Of a stretch of DNA of 64,000 nt, positions 12,521 to 26,300 are shown piece by piece (the stretch's first letter is position 1; each line of letters begins with the position of its first letter). A program made the translations under genes and the position numbers. The stretch comes from Marsupella aquatica (lineage: Eukaryota > Plantae > Marchantiophyta). The stretch lies in assembly GCA_973895155.1 (NCBI GenBank), contig OZ316895.1:17925780-17989779 (forward strand). The letters run 5' to 3'. Below the pieces are notes generated by a model. It did no database searches. It saw only the letters and a list, made by a program, of their open reading frames with translations, and was not told the origin of the DNA.

Positions 12521-14090
12521 AGACTTGGAGAGATCTAGATCCTGAAGGGTTGCTTACCGAGGTGCTTGGTTGCTTGTGCAGACAATGAGGACCATTGAGT
12601 AGCGGCCGTGTTGGAGAGCAAGTGCGGCTTTGTATGAGAGGGGCCGCTGGCGGTGCAAGGTGCTTGGTTGCTTGTGCAGACAGTGAGGACCGTGAAGTAG
12701 TGGTCATGTTGAAAAGCAAGTGCGGCTTTGTATGGGAGGGGCCGTTGGTGGTGGAAGGGGCACTAGGTTACTTGCTTGAGGTATTCCGTGGAGGCATTCG
12801 AGCACCAGGGGCACTTAGGCGTGGGTGTTGGGATTGGTGAGGGCACTAGGTGGCAAGATCCACCACTATTTTTTGAGCTTCCTATTCCTTTTTGAGGGAG
12901 TGGTTAAATAGGGGCGTTCGCACATGGTATACAACTATTTCATAAGATGAACCCCTCGAGGCCGGTTCAGTGCCTGTTTGCTTTTGAGTTGTGGCTCAGC
13001 TATTCTGTGTACGAGGGGTGTGTCATACGGTGCAGGGGCCGAAGCCCCTTGCCAGCAGCGCTCCGCTTCAAGGCAGAAGCACAAGTGCCTTCCATGCCCA
13101 CAATAGTGGCCTCTTCTCTATTCTTAATTTCCAGCTCTTGTCTTTGGGTGTCCTTTGAATGTTCGTCAATCCTTGGCATGTTAATTTGTATGTTTACTTT
13201 TCCTCTTCGTGCCATATCTTGAATCCGATCGAGCTGCATTGTATGGCAGCCCTACTTGGCTGCTGCTTAGAGTTTAGTACATCTATATTGTGTGTTCCCG
13301 TGGACTTAGCTAGCCTTAAGGAGGTGAACCTTGTATCTCTTGTATTGACTACTTGCGCGTTGAATGTGTCATTGGCTTACCATTGTGAATGTTGTCTATG
13401 CTCAACAAGTGTGACTTAACATACATAATAAACTGTGTGATATCGGTTTCAAAAAAATGTTCACACAAATTAGTGTGACTCACTATAATTTTGGTGTCAC
13501 ACTAATTATGTACTCACACTATTTACAGTGGACAGTGTAATATATATCATAGTGCCAAAGGGCAGAAATTTAGACCCCTTGAGCGTGTAAGTTTGATGTT
13601 ATTCAACAACTAAGTTAGAGCACATGAAGAGTTGCATGTTGAAATAGGTTTGAATATGGAGATGAGAGGAAAAAAGAGTAGATTATTCATGATAGAAGTG
13701 CATGCACAAAGTTCCCTTGGTACTCCTATGTCCATAGAGTCCATGCAAAATGATGTAGAAGCCAAAGGGTTTCTTAATTACATTCCTTTGGTATTCCTTT
13801 ATCCATAGTAGTCAAAGGGTTTCTTATGTCCCCTTGGTGTTCCTTTTTCCATAATAACGGAATGGTTCTTATGTTACCTTGGTAAATGTTACAATAGTTG
13901 AAAAGTTTTTTTCTATCCATGGTCCAAACCCTAAAACCAAAAATTGTTAATTAAATAGAAAACTTATACAATCTACTGGAAAACCCTGATATATGAATTA
14001 TAACACGTCCAAAGGTTATTTTCTTTTACCCAATTTTCACCCTTTTCTTTGTTTATTTGAAATATTATTCTTCATTTTCATTGTCTTTAC

Positions 14091-16874
14091 CAGGAAAATA
14101 CTTGATGGGGCCATTCTAATGAAAGATATTCCTGACAAGCCCCTAACTTTTCAAATATACTTAATGGGGCCCCTTGTCCCTGTAACCCTTTCTCAGGACC
14201 TGTCATATTTAGTTTTTCCATTTTTTAATTGTAATATACTATACAACTTTATAAGTCAGTCCACAAGATGTATTGTCTAGAAGCAATTCAATGTACTTTT
14301 GTTTGAAAATACTTATAGAATTTATGTACTAAGTATTCAGCACTTCTGACTCACATATTCGCTGCCCATATTCACTTGTTTCATGTTTTGAAATATTTCT
14401 ACAAGGGAAGTAGTCCATAAGGCACGTAAGTTTTGCTCTTTTTGGTTCTTTCTCTCAATTGTTTGGAATTATTCATAACTGAAAGCATTTCTCCAAAGCA
14501 TAGTTTCACCTTAACTTTAGGAAGGTGAACCAATGGGTTTGGGTGCTATCTGGGTGGTGCCATTTTTTATAAGTTATTTTTTGCAAATAACTCATGTGGT
14601 ACTTAGACAATTCTTTGATACTATTTTTCCAAAACATGTTTGGAAATATTCACCTTAGACGGGAGCATTTCCTTGGTGTCATTTTTGTGATTTCTTATGA
14701 TGTGAGCACCTAGGTAGAGTATATCAGGCAATTTATGCAATGTCACTTAAACAATAATTTTTATTCTTTAGCTTAGTACACAAGGCATTGATTGAATTCA
14801 CAAGGCATCAATTGAATTCATAAAATTGAGCATATAGAATGCACATAGTAACAAGTGTTAAAGCTTTTAGATGACCTTATAATTTTGAGCTCAATGTTGG
14901 TGCAACAACTACAAAATTAGCTATCAAAATCATATCGCAATCAAAATTATATCGCAATCACATCTCTATGATTACTCAAAATTACACCAAAGTCTGCAAA
15001 GTTCAATTTTTGTAAGAGTATGTCAATTACGACTTTGTCTGTGTTTCATTTTTCAGGTTTTATTGAAGGAATTGCAACAACCTGTGAAGTCACATTTTTG
15101 CTTAGGGTTTACTGTAAATTTTGAGGTGACCTGCAGAGACTGATTGTTGCAATGTGATTTCACTGCAAGGAAACTTTTCTTGAAGCAATGGACAAGGGTA
15201 TGGATGCTCGGCCTGAGTGGGCATGGACAGTAGGCAAATTTGATGTGGATTTTGCAGTGCCAGATGGGGATCAAAAAAATCTCACAGTAACTGAAAATCC
15301 CCAAGGGCGATATCACTGCTAGAAAGGATTTGCCAATGACATTCCGAACTTGGGTGGGAAATCACAAGATGAAGGTAAGGATAGTTTCAATTAAATGACT
15401 TGTTGTCCAACAATAGTACATATAAATTGACTTCTTATACCTAAATTTTACATGTTTTTTTCCCAATTTGCAGTGGAGGCGGAAGCATCACGTATTAGAC
15501 TTGGAGAAATGTTTAACAGTTTTGATGAGTTCAATCGTTGCCTTCATTCTTGGAATGTCCTGCATGGGAGGGCTTCTGCTCGGTTGAAAACAAAATACAT
15601 GTTTCATGTTCATGTTTGTCATTTTGGAGCCACTGTCCAAAGGTCTTGCAGCAGGGTTAAGGCACACCACCCTGAGGCTTGCAAGGACCAATCAGATTGC
15701 AGAACAGACTGTGGAGATGACAATGGTGGCTATTGAGACTTAAATGATGACTCCATGGACATGAGAAATGAGCAGACAGAACCAGAGAAGAGTTGTATCA
15801 ATAAATATAGTATTTCAGAATCTCACAAGGAAAATGCCGTACCACTCTGTACATGCCCATTCCCTGGGAGTCTCAACTCTGTCACAAGGAAACCATCACA
15901 AAATTCAAGGCAAGTACTTGGTGCTCTTAACAAAAATTGTGCCTTAACATCATATCCACTGAGGTCCTCTGTGAAACATACAAGTGAATGGATCCCTAGC
16001 TCATGGAAGAAACACTCAGCGGATCCCAAAATGACAAAGAAGTTGGTTTCAAAAACCGGAGCTTGTGGTCAATTAGCAAGATTTTTGTCTCCAAATCCAG
16101 AGGATGGTAGTAAAGGGGATCGATCATCGACTAGAAGGGTACTGTCCAATTCAGAGTTCGTTGCCAACGCAAAAAGAGCACTGGAATCTTGCATATAACC
16201 GTTTGCAATCTGATCCACACTTGTCCCCAATATAAACATAAGTGGCGTGGTCCTAACCAAAAGGCAAGGTGGCTTGGTGAGACTCTTGCATCTCATGTTG
16301 TGAGAATTGTTAGAGTTCCTGTTGGGGAGCTCATTAATGTCTTCAAAATGGATTATAAGAGAAGTATGACATACCAACAAATGCTTCGAGGGAAAGACAT
16401 TGTGAGTCAAGTTCAATTAGTTCTTGAATTTTACCGCATCATTTCCATTATGCTCATGAAATTTTGATTACTGATTGTCAATTGTGGCTCTATTTTTTGA
16501 ATTGCAGGTTCAAGATTGGTATTTGGGTGGCCAGAAAAAAAAGCTATCATGCTATCCCTGCCCTTTTGGAGCAGATTAAACAAGTGGATGCAGGTGTTGT
16601 TGTGATATATGTGAGTCAGAAGTGCTAAATATTTAGTACATAAATTCTATAAGTATTTCTAAACAAAAGTACATTGAATTGCTTCTAGACAGTACATCTT
16701 GTGGACTGATGTATAAAGTTGTATAGTACATTACAATTAAAAAATGGAAAAACTAAATATGACAGGTCCAGAGAAAGGGTTACAGGGACAAGGGGCCCCA
16801 TTAAGTATATTTGAAAAGTTAGGGGCTAGTCAGGAATATCTTTCATTAGAGGGGCCCCATCAAGTATTTTCCTG
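14091..16874 (+). mobile_element. Non-autonomous Mutator-like element (MULE)
   Basis: TIRs of about 268 bp (14091-14358 and 16607-16874) starting CAGGAAAATACTTGATGGGGCC. 10-bp TSD TTGTCTTTAC/TTGTTTTTAC with 1 mismatch. Internal MuDR fragments. Confidence 0.9.
15452..16606 (+). pseudogene. MuDR-type transposase N-terminal fragment (catalytic domain deleted)
   Basis: RLGEMFNSFDEFNRCLHSWNV; ITVCNLIHTC…MTYQQMLRGKDIV; intron then YLGGQKKSYHAIPALLEQIKQVDAG. Truncated at the right TIR. Confidence 0.75.
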
Positions 16875-19800
16875 TTGTTTTTACAGTTGCAAGGTCTAAC
16901 TGTTTTTCTTTGACTTGTTTCAAACACACTTAGTCTTGTTTGGTACTTTTTGCATAACCAACCATTCTTGGTTGTGACAAATAGTGCTCATGTGACTGCA
17001 AAGTGCTTCCTGGGATTTTGGAATGAACTTCCCATGGGGGTACGTCCATAACTACAAACCTGGAGACATGATCCCAATGGCAAAGCAGCCCAATGAAGGT
17101 GGGGGGGGGGAGAAGAGGGGAAATGGCCTAATATCAGCAAGTAATTGATTTATGATTCAAGAAACAAACCAGGAATAAGACACTATGCACCACAGTAATA
17201 TAGAGTTCAAGATTCCCCAGATTCAAGAATTGTGAGGGAGATGGTGGGGACCCTGATGGGATGATGTAGGCCCTATCATTATAACATTACATCCCACCAT
17301 GCATAAAGGCACTGTGTACAACTACGTGGATTAGTGCAGGTGGATCATTTAGTCCCCCAGAATTATAGATTTTTTCTTGACAAGTGCAACTTGACCATCA
17401 CTACATGAAAACTGCATAAGTGCATTTCTGTTTAAGTGCAGGCCTGCATACATGCATTTATCCAATACTCCAGCCCATACATGAGAAGCATTTACCAATA
17501 AGTCCCATGGAAGATCACACAAAGTACTTTCGTGCACTTATCCAGTTGAATAGTGGAGGGCTCAGATATGAAGCCCTGTGTGTGACATTACAAAACAAAA
17601 CAAACTTGACATTTTCTCTCCTAAGAATTATCTTCACCTCTCAACACGTTATCAGCATGTAGCTCTCCACAAGCAATTTTCTTTGAGAAAAAGACCACAT
17701 TTACATTAAATGTTCATAGATTTGACACATTTATTTCTCGATGGGGTAGAAGGAGAATTGACTCAGATTGAAATCGAATTAGAACTAGAAAAGTGGAATA
17801 GGAAGATGTTGGCTCAGGAAGTAAGTTTTTTTTTTTTTTCTTCAAAAATGATCCACGAATCGACTAAGGGGTGATAAAGACCGAGCAGATGTGATAAGGA
17901 ATTCTAGGGATTGCAGGCGATTCATTTTGGAGCTACAAGAAATGCAAATCCCAAACGACTCCGTCACTAGAAGCTGAGCCTTACAGCAATTTGAGAGCAA
18001 AAGAAGGAAGAACGATAAGGACTAGAGACAATTTCAATGGCAGGGAATCAAAATCAAAAGCAACCACTGAAATCTACAGAAACAAGAGAAGCAAAAGCAT
18101 AGCAGTCAAGACACAATTCAAGAAAGGTTTTTTTGAGAAAGAACAACAAGAGAAAACAAGATCAAATGGGAAGTGCTCTTTCTTATCTTTTCCCATGACA
18201 ATCTCTTCCCCAAATTTGAGTGACGATGTGCCTCAGCCCTAATAAACTCATTATTCTACCACATCCGCAAGGCAAACTAGATTTCAGTAACGGACTGACT
18301 GGCAGGAGCCAGCAAACCGATGAGATCCAATTCCATTTGTGGCTTGCATTGCTGACGATCTAGTTGAGTTCATCTCTCATAACACCATCATTCAATTCCA
18401 AAAGCAGGCTGAATTTGGTGGGACATGTGACAATTGTCATAGGACTAGTAGCATCAAGAGAGAGGGATTTCAAACAATGAGGCTTATTGACCAGACTATC
18501 GTCTAACCTTACCACAACACTATCAGAAATTCAACAGAAAGGAGATACGATTTGACAGAATAACGATTCAAAGACAAGAAGCAATAGCATAGACGAAACA
18601 ATAGATGGGCACACATCCACCAAAGAGATTCATAAGGACACTACAGCAAAGAGGAATTACCTACAGACGAAGGCAAGAAGAAGACATCCATAGGGCACAA
18701 TCAATCCACAGACAAAGAGAATTCCACGGAGAAACAGGAGGAAGAACAGATTGTGAGTGACCGGCCAGGAAGGTTAACTATTTTTGAGGAAGAAGAGAAA
18801 TAAACAAGCAAAGTAGCAAACCACAGAAAGGAGTCCGAAGGGAAGCACGACCGAGAGAAGGACGAGAACAATCAAGAGCGGCCAGACCAATTACAAGCAT
18901 AAAGGAGAGAAGCAGAGATCGTTGAGGAGCTTGGAACCAAAGAATGCAAAGAAACAAACCAAATCCCACAACAATCGATCGCACAACGTCGAGAAAACCT
19001 CGAGAAAACATTTATAAGTGCAAACCCTCTTTAAGTGAAAACCCTGTCAAAGAAAATTCAGTTTACAAATAAAAATGTGCAGTTAACCAGGGAAACACTA
19101 AAACATACCAAAAGACCCAACATACCTAAAACTCCATTTGTTTGACAAAAGTACCACCTTGGCAAAGAAACATAATTAAGCCATTAATTGGGTCATCAAA
19201 ATGAATTAGTGGGTTGTAACTAACCACTAATCAAAATTACAAATTTAACAGCAATATACGGGACAAACATGGAAGGATCATCTGTTTGCTTGGCTGGCAT
19301 AAGTTATTACAATGAAAACTCCCTAGACCTCATTCGAGGGGGAGAAAATAATGTATTGCCCCAATCATATAGCCTTAAGACATTCAAATACGAACTGGCA
19401 ATACCAATTACTAATACAAGGTATAGATAGAGGTTTAGGGTATCTAGTGGGGATAGTTGTTAAGCTTACCATGGAGGATATAGGGGCCAACCTCATATAA
19501 GATATAAATATATAAGGTATTTAGACATGACTTAAATTTTGGAATTCCAAGAATGGGTGAAGAATATATGCGCATACAAATGAGAATTTGAGATTTGAGG
19601 GGGAGAGAAGTACACCCTCCTCATATGCATCCATTGGATTATTTGAGCTCCATTTTGCAAATGATATCAAATGAGGAAGTGCCTTTAGCACATGATATGA
19701 AATGAAGTGCACAAGTGCTCTGAGCACATGAAATACCTATGATGGCCAATCATGAAAAGTACTTTGTAAAAACAAATAAGATAAGTGGAGAGAAGAGAAG

Positions 19801-21136
19801 AAAATTTCTCCTTAAGATTTGAAAAGCCATTAATGGAAGTGTGTGAAAATTCCACCATGGCTTTGCCACTACTACTTATGAACATGACATGTATGTTGGC
19901 CAACAATTTATATCACATGGGAAAAATGATTCTCACATATATGGATCCAACGGCAACCAAAGGTAATGGAATGCCACAATGAATGGAGGAAGACTTATGT
20001 ATGCAAGTTGGTTGCAGAAAATGCACATATGATTATAAACACCGTGAAGGAAAACTTGAGATCTAATGAAGAACCCAAATGAAGACTCCCATGTGAAGGA
20101 AGAATGTGTGACCAATCATAAATGAAAACCCAAGATATATTCAAGTTTCTTCATGCTTCAAGCCTCAAGCTTCACCCAGATTAAGAGTTCATATTGACTT
20201 ACTCCCAATAGGGGACCCAATATATTTAAGACCAAAATTTAGATCTATATTTCCACCCCCCTTGAGACATCCAAAATGACTATAAATGTAACATTGGTGG
20301 TGACACTCTTTCCCTTAGAAGAAAGCAAGAGGGTTTTAATGGGACCACACCAATGGATACCATGTACTACATAGATTTAACACTTATTGCTAGATGTTAA
20401 CCCTAGTGTGGTTGCATTATCAATGATAAAACAACCAAGGGGGAGTGTTGTAACCCAAAGATTAAGTTAACATCCAACCCTAGTTAGGGGATTGAGGTAG
20501 GTTTAGGGTTTAGGGTTTAGTACCACTACATGTATATCTAAGGAGGTATTAATAAACCCCCTATGAATGGATGAACCTTAGTTGTTAGTGGACTTAACAT
20601 TTTCTCTCCTAAGAATTATCTTCATCTCTCAATAATAGTCAAATTTTTTTCCTTTCTTGAGAACATTGTGGACTTCTCTAAGTAACCTGGATCCACCAGG
20701 TTTTGCATAGGGGCGGTGGGGCTGACCCAAATCCCAAGAATTTAGGGAATGTTTTCTTTAGATAATTGTTTCCTGCACAAACCAAAGCAAATGCAAAAAA
20801 AAATCTGACACATGGCCTACTTCAATTACTATTTTCATACAGACAATATCTCTTTTCTTTAAGCCACCCAAGCAATTACCTTCAAACTTGTCTAAAGAAA
20901 AGAGGCACTTGTTCTCAAAATTTTCCCTGGGGATTGAACCCTGAACTGTCCATAGAATTAGAATACACCCAGGCCCCTCTGTACAGCCGAGAGTTAAAAA
21001 ACAAGCACAACACGCAGGGCGAGCACTGTTCGGCTGGCTTCTTAGCACTCTGCAAATGTGAGGGCCAAATTGACAGTCTTGCAAAATAGCGCAGCACCCA
21101 GAGCACACACAAGAGTGAAAGTACAAGAGCACACAA

Positions 21137-21432
21137 TGTTAGGAATTGACTCCAGTTCCCGACATAGTTAGCTTGGTCTTACTAGGGTTAGTTAACCTTA
21201 GATTACATTTGGATAAGATCCGCTTAGTTTAGGCCCACTCATCTTGGCCCCCTTGGGGAGTATAGGCTGGAGGGAGAGCACTCTCTCCCTCATTCTTCAC
21301 ATGTACTCTCATTTGCTATGGAGCTTTCAGGAGTTTCTCCACTCGGGGTGTCTTGTCGGTGTAGCGTCTGATTGAGTGAGTCTCTCTCATGTTTCCGCAT
21401 TGCTGTCTAGTCCGGAGCCGACGGTTCTTACA
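21137..21432 (+). mobile_element. Ty1/copia solo LTR (296 bp)
   Basis: TGTTAGG…CTTACA with 5-bp TSD CACAA. Similar to the reverse complement of the copia 3' LTR at 29876-30172. Confidence 0.9.
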
Positions 21433-22217
21433 CACAACCGAGAGGCCTAAAATCTGAGAGCAACATAGGGTGAACTGACAGCACCACATGCGAACAAAAT
21501 ACCACAGCACTGAGATGCTGAAATAGCCAGAAGAAAGAGAGCACACAAACGAGACCATGACCAGCAAGAGCAGCAAGGCCTAAAATATGAGAGCACAACC
21601 TAGGTTAAACGGACAGACCAACTGAGAATGAAATAGCAGAGGACTGAGAGTCCAAACAAACACTGAGCATACAACCGAGAGCACAGCTGAGCGAACCAGA
21701 GAGAGCACAATCGAGAGCAGATAGGGCTGGGGGCGAAAAAAAGGAGCACACAACTGAGGCCACGACCAGCGAGAGCAGCACAAGCGCCACCAGAGCACCA
21801 ACGAGCACAGCACAACAAGAGAGAGCATGAGCTTCACAATGAGCGAACGAGAGAATGAGCAAACTTGGCTAACGAACAAGCCTAATTAGCCATTTTTTTT
21901 ACTAATACAATTGCAGCATGATTCCAAACACTTTTTGGCTGTTGGATTGGTGTAAATGTGCTCTTGGAACCAACAAAATATTTTTGAACCGGAGCTTAGT
22001 AAGGATCTTGCAAGAATATCAAAAAAAAAGTTAAGAAATACAAGTTCTCTTCAAAAACAATTGTGTGCATCTTTATAGAATCTTTGAAAATCTTCCTAAT
22101 TGTTACATTCTCCTCACAATTCAAAATTCCCTTGAAATTGGTAACTAAGCCACCACTACTTGAGGACAACATGCACATATGAAATATCTAACAAATACAC
22201 ACTTACGGGCACAAGGG

Positions 22218-22378
22218 ATACATAGTTCACCTTGTGAAAGATTACCACCACAGGAACACACCAAGTAGCTTATACATGGTTGACCTTGTGAGAGATTACC
22301 TCCATAGGAACACACCAAGTAGCTTATACATGGTTCACCTTTTGAGAGATTGCCTCCATAGGAACACACCAAGTAGCT
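22218..22378. repeat. Tandem repeat, 54-bp unit, about 3 copies
   Basis: GGAACACACCAAGTAGC recurs at 22253, 22307 and 22361. Confidence 0.85.
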
Positions 22379-23334
22379 CTATTAAATTCTAGGTCCAAGT
22401 CTCCATATAGTAAGTTCTCCCAATCTCTTAGATAACTTAGTAACAAGGAACCCAAGACACACTCAAGTTAATTCTTGATAATGACATATCTAGCCTTAAT
22501 CAAGTATCTAATTAATGGATAAGTTAGTTGTATGTAACTATAGATTCAAGAATAAATGTCTAGCAGAAATTCAATTGCCGTAGAACTACTCTGTCTACAT
22601 TAACTGGCCGTTTCACTGATGTTCAACATTAATTAATATTGACAGTACCTTGTGCTACACTACCATTAAATAGTAGATAATATTGGGCTAGTTAATAATA
22701 TAGATAGATAGATAGAGTGTTCATGTAAGGACACTTGTTCACATCAGATTCGTGTATTTCAATGGAGCCTAGTTTGAGTGGATCCTTCCTACATTACTGT
22801 AGTTCATATCGGTGGACATGTGCCTGATGATAATGTTCAACTCAGAGCCCCCACGAATTGAAGAAACGCTTCGGTGTAATGAATCCAAGGAGTATAACTT
22901 ACGTGTCAGCCCCAATACTCTAATTCATGTGAATTACAATTACACCTATGAAGAGTGAAAGAATTTAATACCCCTCGTCTCCTTCAATCGGCTGTGTGCT
23001 GTTCATAAGTTTACTTTCACTCTGAGGGGTTTGATTTCATCAATGCTGCACACTGAGTAACGAGGGTTTTCAGGATTTTTTGGGTTTTTGGGGGTCGACG
23101 ATAATAGTTGAATCGCCATGTCGGAAAACCTCTGCTCCTAACCGCCCTCCTCGCACTCGTCGGAGCTTTGTCGGTTCCCTCTGTGCCTGCGTTTTAGATC
23201 GCATTGCGCCTGAAGTGTTTGTATGACCTGAGTTGGATTGTTGACTAGAAAATGAACTGGACTGTCTCTCAGTCGGTCATGTGGGAGACGTAAGGAGTTT
23301 TGGGGAACGTGGCGTTATAAATCGTCGGGCGGCG

Positions 23335-26300
23335 ATGACGATGGAATATGCACTCAAGGCTGTAAAGCTTGGGGGTTGGGGATTCAATGGAAGTAGAATG
23401 CTGGGGGATAGGGTTGGCCGCGAAAGAGTACCAATCTGTGGTGGAGGAGTCACGTATGGTACGAACCTGCGACTCGCGCATGTCGCCTGCTCCGAGTCGG
23501 CTCAGTCCCCGGCACCGGCCAAGTGAGTGAACCCTACTTTTCATCATTTTGGCTGAAGAATTTTTTCAGTGACGGTTTGCTGTCTACTTATTGCCAAATT
23601 ACTAAACCCCTGCAATTCTTTGAAACGATGTGGGACGTTTTCATTAAAGGTACCTCAATTTTGTGAATTTCTGTTTCATCGTAGGGTTTTAGCTCATTAT
23701 TTTCGATGTCAGTTTTAACGCATGGAGCACCAGTGTGCTGGCTCTCGTGAGTCCGTGGTGTGCGTTCGCACGCTCGTGGTATTTCCTGTGAGCGGCTTGA
23801 ACTCGAGTGTTGTCGGCACAGGCACTAGCGTTTCTTCGAGCCGACGTGGTAGATGTCATGGATGTATCTCCGGAGCTAGGTTTTTGGGGTGGTCATTTGA
23901 GATTTTGAGAGTTTAATATCCTTTCAGAGAACTGCCCTTCCTTCTAAACAGGCTCTCTTGAATGCGGGTGTAGGCGAAAAAAGAAGGTTGAAATTAAGAG
24001 GGATGGGCCCACAAAGCCTGAGTTGAAGTTGGTGAGAGACCTTCAGGAGATCATTATTTCTTGCGATCTTCCTCCCGATGAAGTTCCTACCACGGCAGAG
24101 CTAGCGACACTTGGCAGGTGGGCGCCCTTCGGCTTTGTCGCACGATTCTGTAAGTTTTGATGTTTGCTCCAATTGACGGACGATATATTGTCGAAGGAAC
24201 TTTTTGAAATTGTACGTCAAGTCAGCTCTTGACGAGCCTCTGGTCAGTGAATTTTTTCTTCTTAAATGATCTTATGAGTTGTACGTGGGGATTTCCTTAT
24301 GTTTTGGAAGATCTGGGGTGTTTGTAGACACAGAGATCAGAGCTGTTCATATAGGTCGTGCTTGAGCAGGAGTGCAAGTCATAATTTTGATAAAAGAACG
24401 TATGTCACCTAACGTGAGATCTGATGAACATCTTGAATACGGAATTCCGCTGCTCCGGTTTTTCTGATCCTGGAACCTGATGCTCCTGATTTGTGGAGCA
24501 GCCAAATGAAGACATCTGTATCCAGTGTTTATGAGAACCCAGAAGTGGTAATTTCATTCTGCCAGGATTATTTTGGTCGCAGCTACAGCTTTTTCCCACT
24601 GAAGGAGGTTTAACCCAAAGGATATCTTTATCATTCATATTAAGAATCACTCAGAAGTTGAGCTCCCAAATATTATTTAATGACGTGAAACGGGATTTTC
24701 AATTTACGTTCTGAGCCTCACTTCGTTTTGCAGACTGGATCTGGCAAATCGGGTGAGGCGGAAAGGGTACAAACAAGTTGCGGAGCTTTTGGAGAAGGTA
24801 CGCATCGCAGACACCGATGAAGCCACAGAAATCAAGGGCGTCACAGTCCCTCCTAACGGTTCAGTCGTAAATAACGCGACTCGGAATGATGATGTAGAAC
24901 TTTCATCAGTAAAGGCGGATGAGACGGCTCCAATTGATGCGGAAGAGCTAAGTGATGCAGGAAGCACAACTGATAGAGCTCTTGAAGGATTGCCACCGTT
25001 TGCCGGTCCTAATACTAAACATGCCTACGTGAATGGCCATGCTTCACTCAGAGTTGAGCTAGTTGGAGAAGCCTCAAGGGATAATGTGGCAGATGTTTCA
25101 AAAGTTGCCATTGATCATGCAGTTCTTGGGGAAGCTACAAGTTCCACTTCAGATACAGATTTGTTCCAAGATAACCAACATAACATTGGAGGTACGTGCT
25201 TTTCTTATCATCAGGTGGGTGCCAAATGTGTGGTATTAACTGCAAGGAAGTAGTGTTGTGTCGCAGGAGTGGAGCTGATGATTGGGAACCTGGTAGGTGT
25301 CAGTACGCATATTTTATTGTCTTCGTGAGACAAAACAAACTTTTGGGAGGATGACGGACATTTCTTTGTTTGCCACATAGATATTATTGGCTCAACTCAA
25401 TCAGTGGGTCTTTCCCAAGACCTCAGTAATGACAAGGGAGGCGATAGCACTATTGAGGAAGATTGTGAAACAGATGATAGGAATGATGAGGAAGGTGACG
25501 AGGATGAGTACTATGAAGACGATGACGACGATGATAGTCCTAGACACACACCTGTCAGACCTGATCCTGACATTGCTTATCAAAAAGCTGCTCTGCTGAA
25601 AGCCAAGTTACTGGAGTACCTCGACAATAGGTTAGTTTTTGTAACTTGATGGATTCAGTTGGTAACTTAGTACGTTGTGTTCTGGAAAAAGACCAATTTT
25701 ATTCAGGGTCTGGTCCCAATCCAAAATGGTCTTGTTCAAAATATTTACATATTTCGGGAATTGATATGCGTTGTCTTTCCCGTAGAAACGACGATTTCAG
25801 GACAGCGAAATCACTCGCAAATCCAAAAACGACGAAGGAAACGGTGGAAGTTCAGGAGGAGCAAGTGCATACAGAGCTGGTGAGAAGTTTTAAAGATATT
25901 CTTTGGGTGGCTTTGAATATATTGTTTCAATTATTTCTGTTGCTTTATTCGAGTCGATGATATGTCTGAGAGTCTTTATAGTGCCATAGTTTAACTGCTA
26001 CCGTATCACAAAAGCAATGCGTACTTTTTGGGTTTTTTGTTTGCAGGGTGATGTTCAAGTACCCCAAGCGTTTGATACACCAAAAGAGCTTAAGCACTTG
26101 AAGAGTCTCCTGGTGAGGAATTATGCCTTAAAGAACTTATCGCTGGAAGGGATTTCATTCCTTTCCAAAGCTGCCATGTTTTCTTGATCTAAGTTGATGT
26201 GTACTCTTTGTACTCCACTATCACTTAGTGTAACTTGTTCGCAAGTTTCATCCAGGAGTTGAGAGAACTGGAGCTTACTGAGGTCTCGAAGCAACTCGAA

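Noticed and set aside
13468-13530. Hairpin (AATTAGTGTGAC…GTCACACTAATT) and TTTACAGTG as a CACTA/CACTG or Helitron end
   Set aside because: No matching opposite terminus or TSD was found, so there is not enough evidence to call an element.
20502-20520. TTTAGGG repeats as an interstitial telomere
   Set aside because: Fewer than three units; telo-box-like motifs are common throughout this DNA.
21440-21880. Hydrophobic Cys/Leu-rich minus-strand ORFs as membrane proteins
   Set aside because: They arise from degenerate GAGCACA(C/A)A repeats and are open in all three frames.
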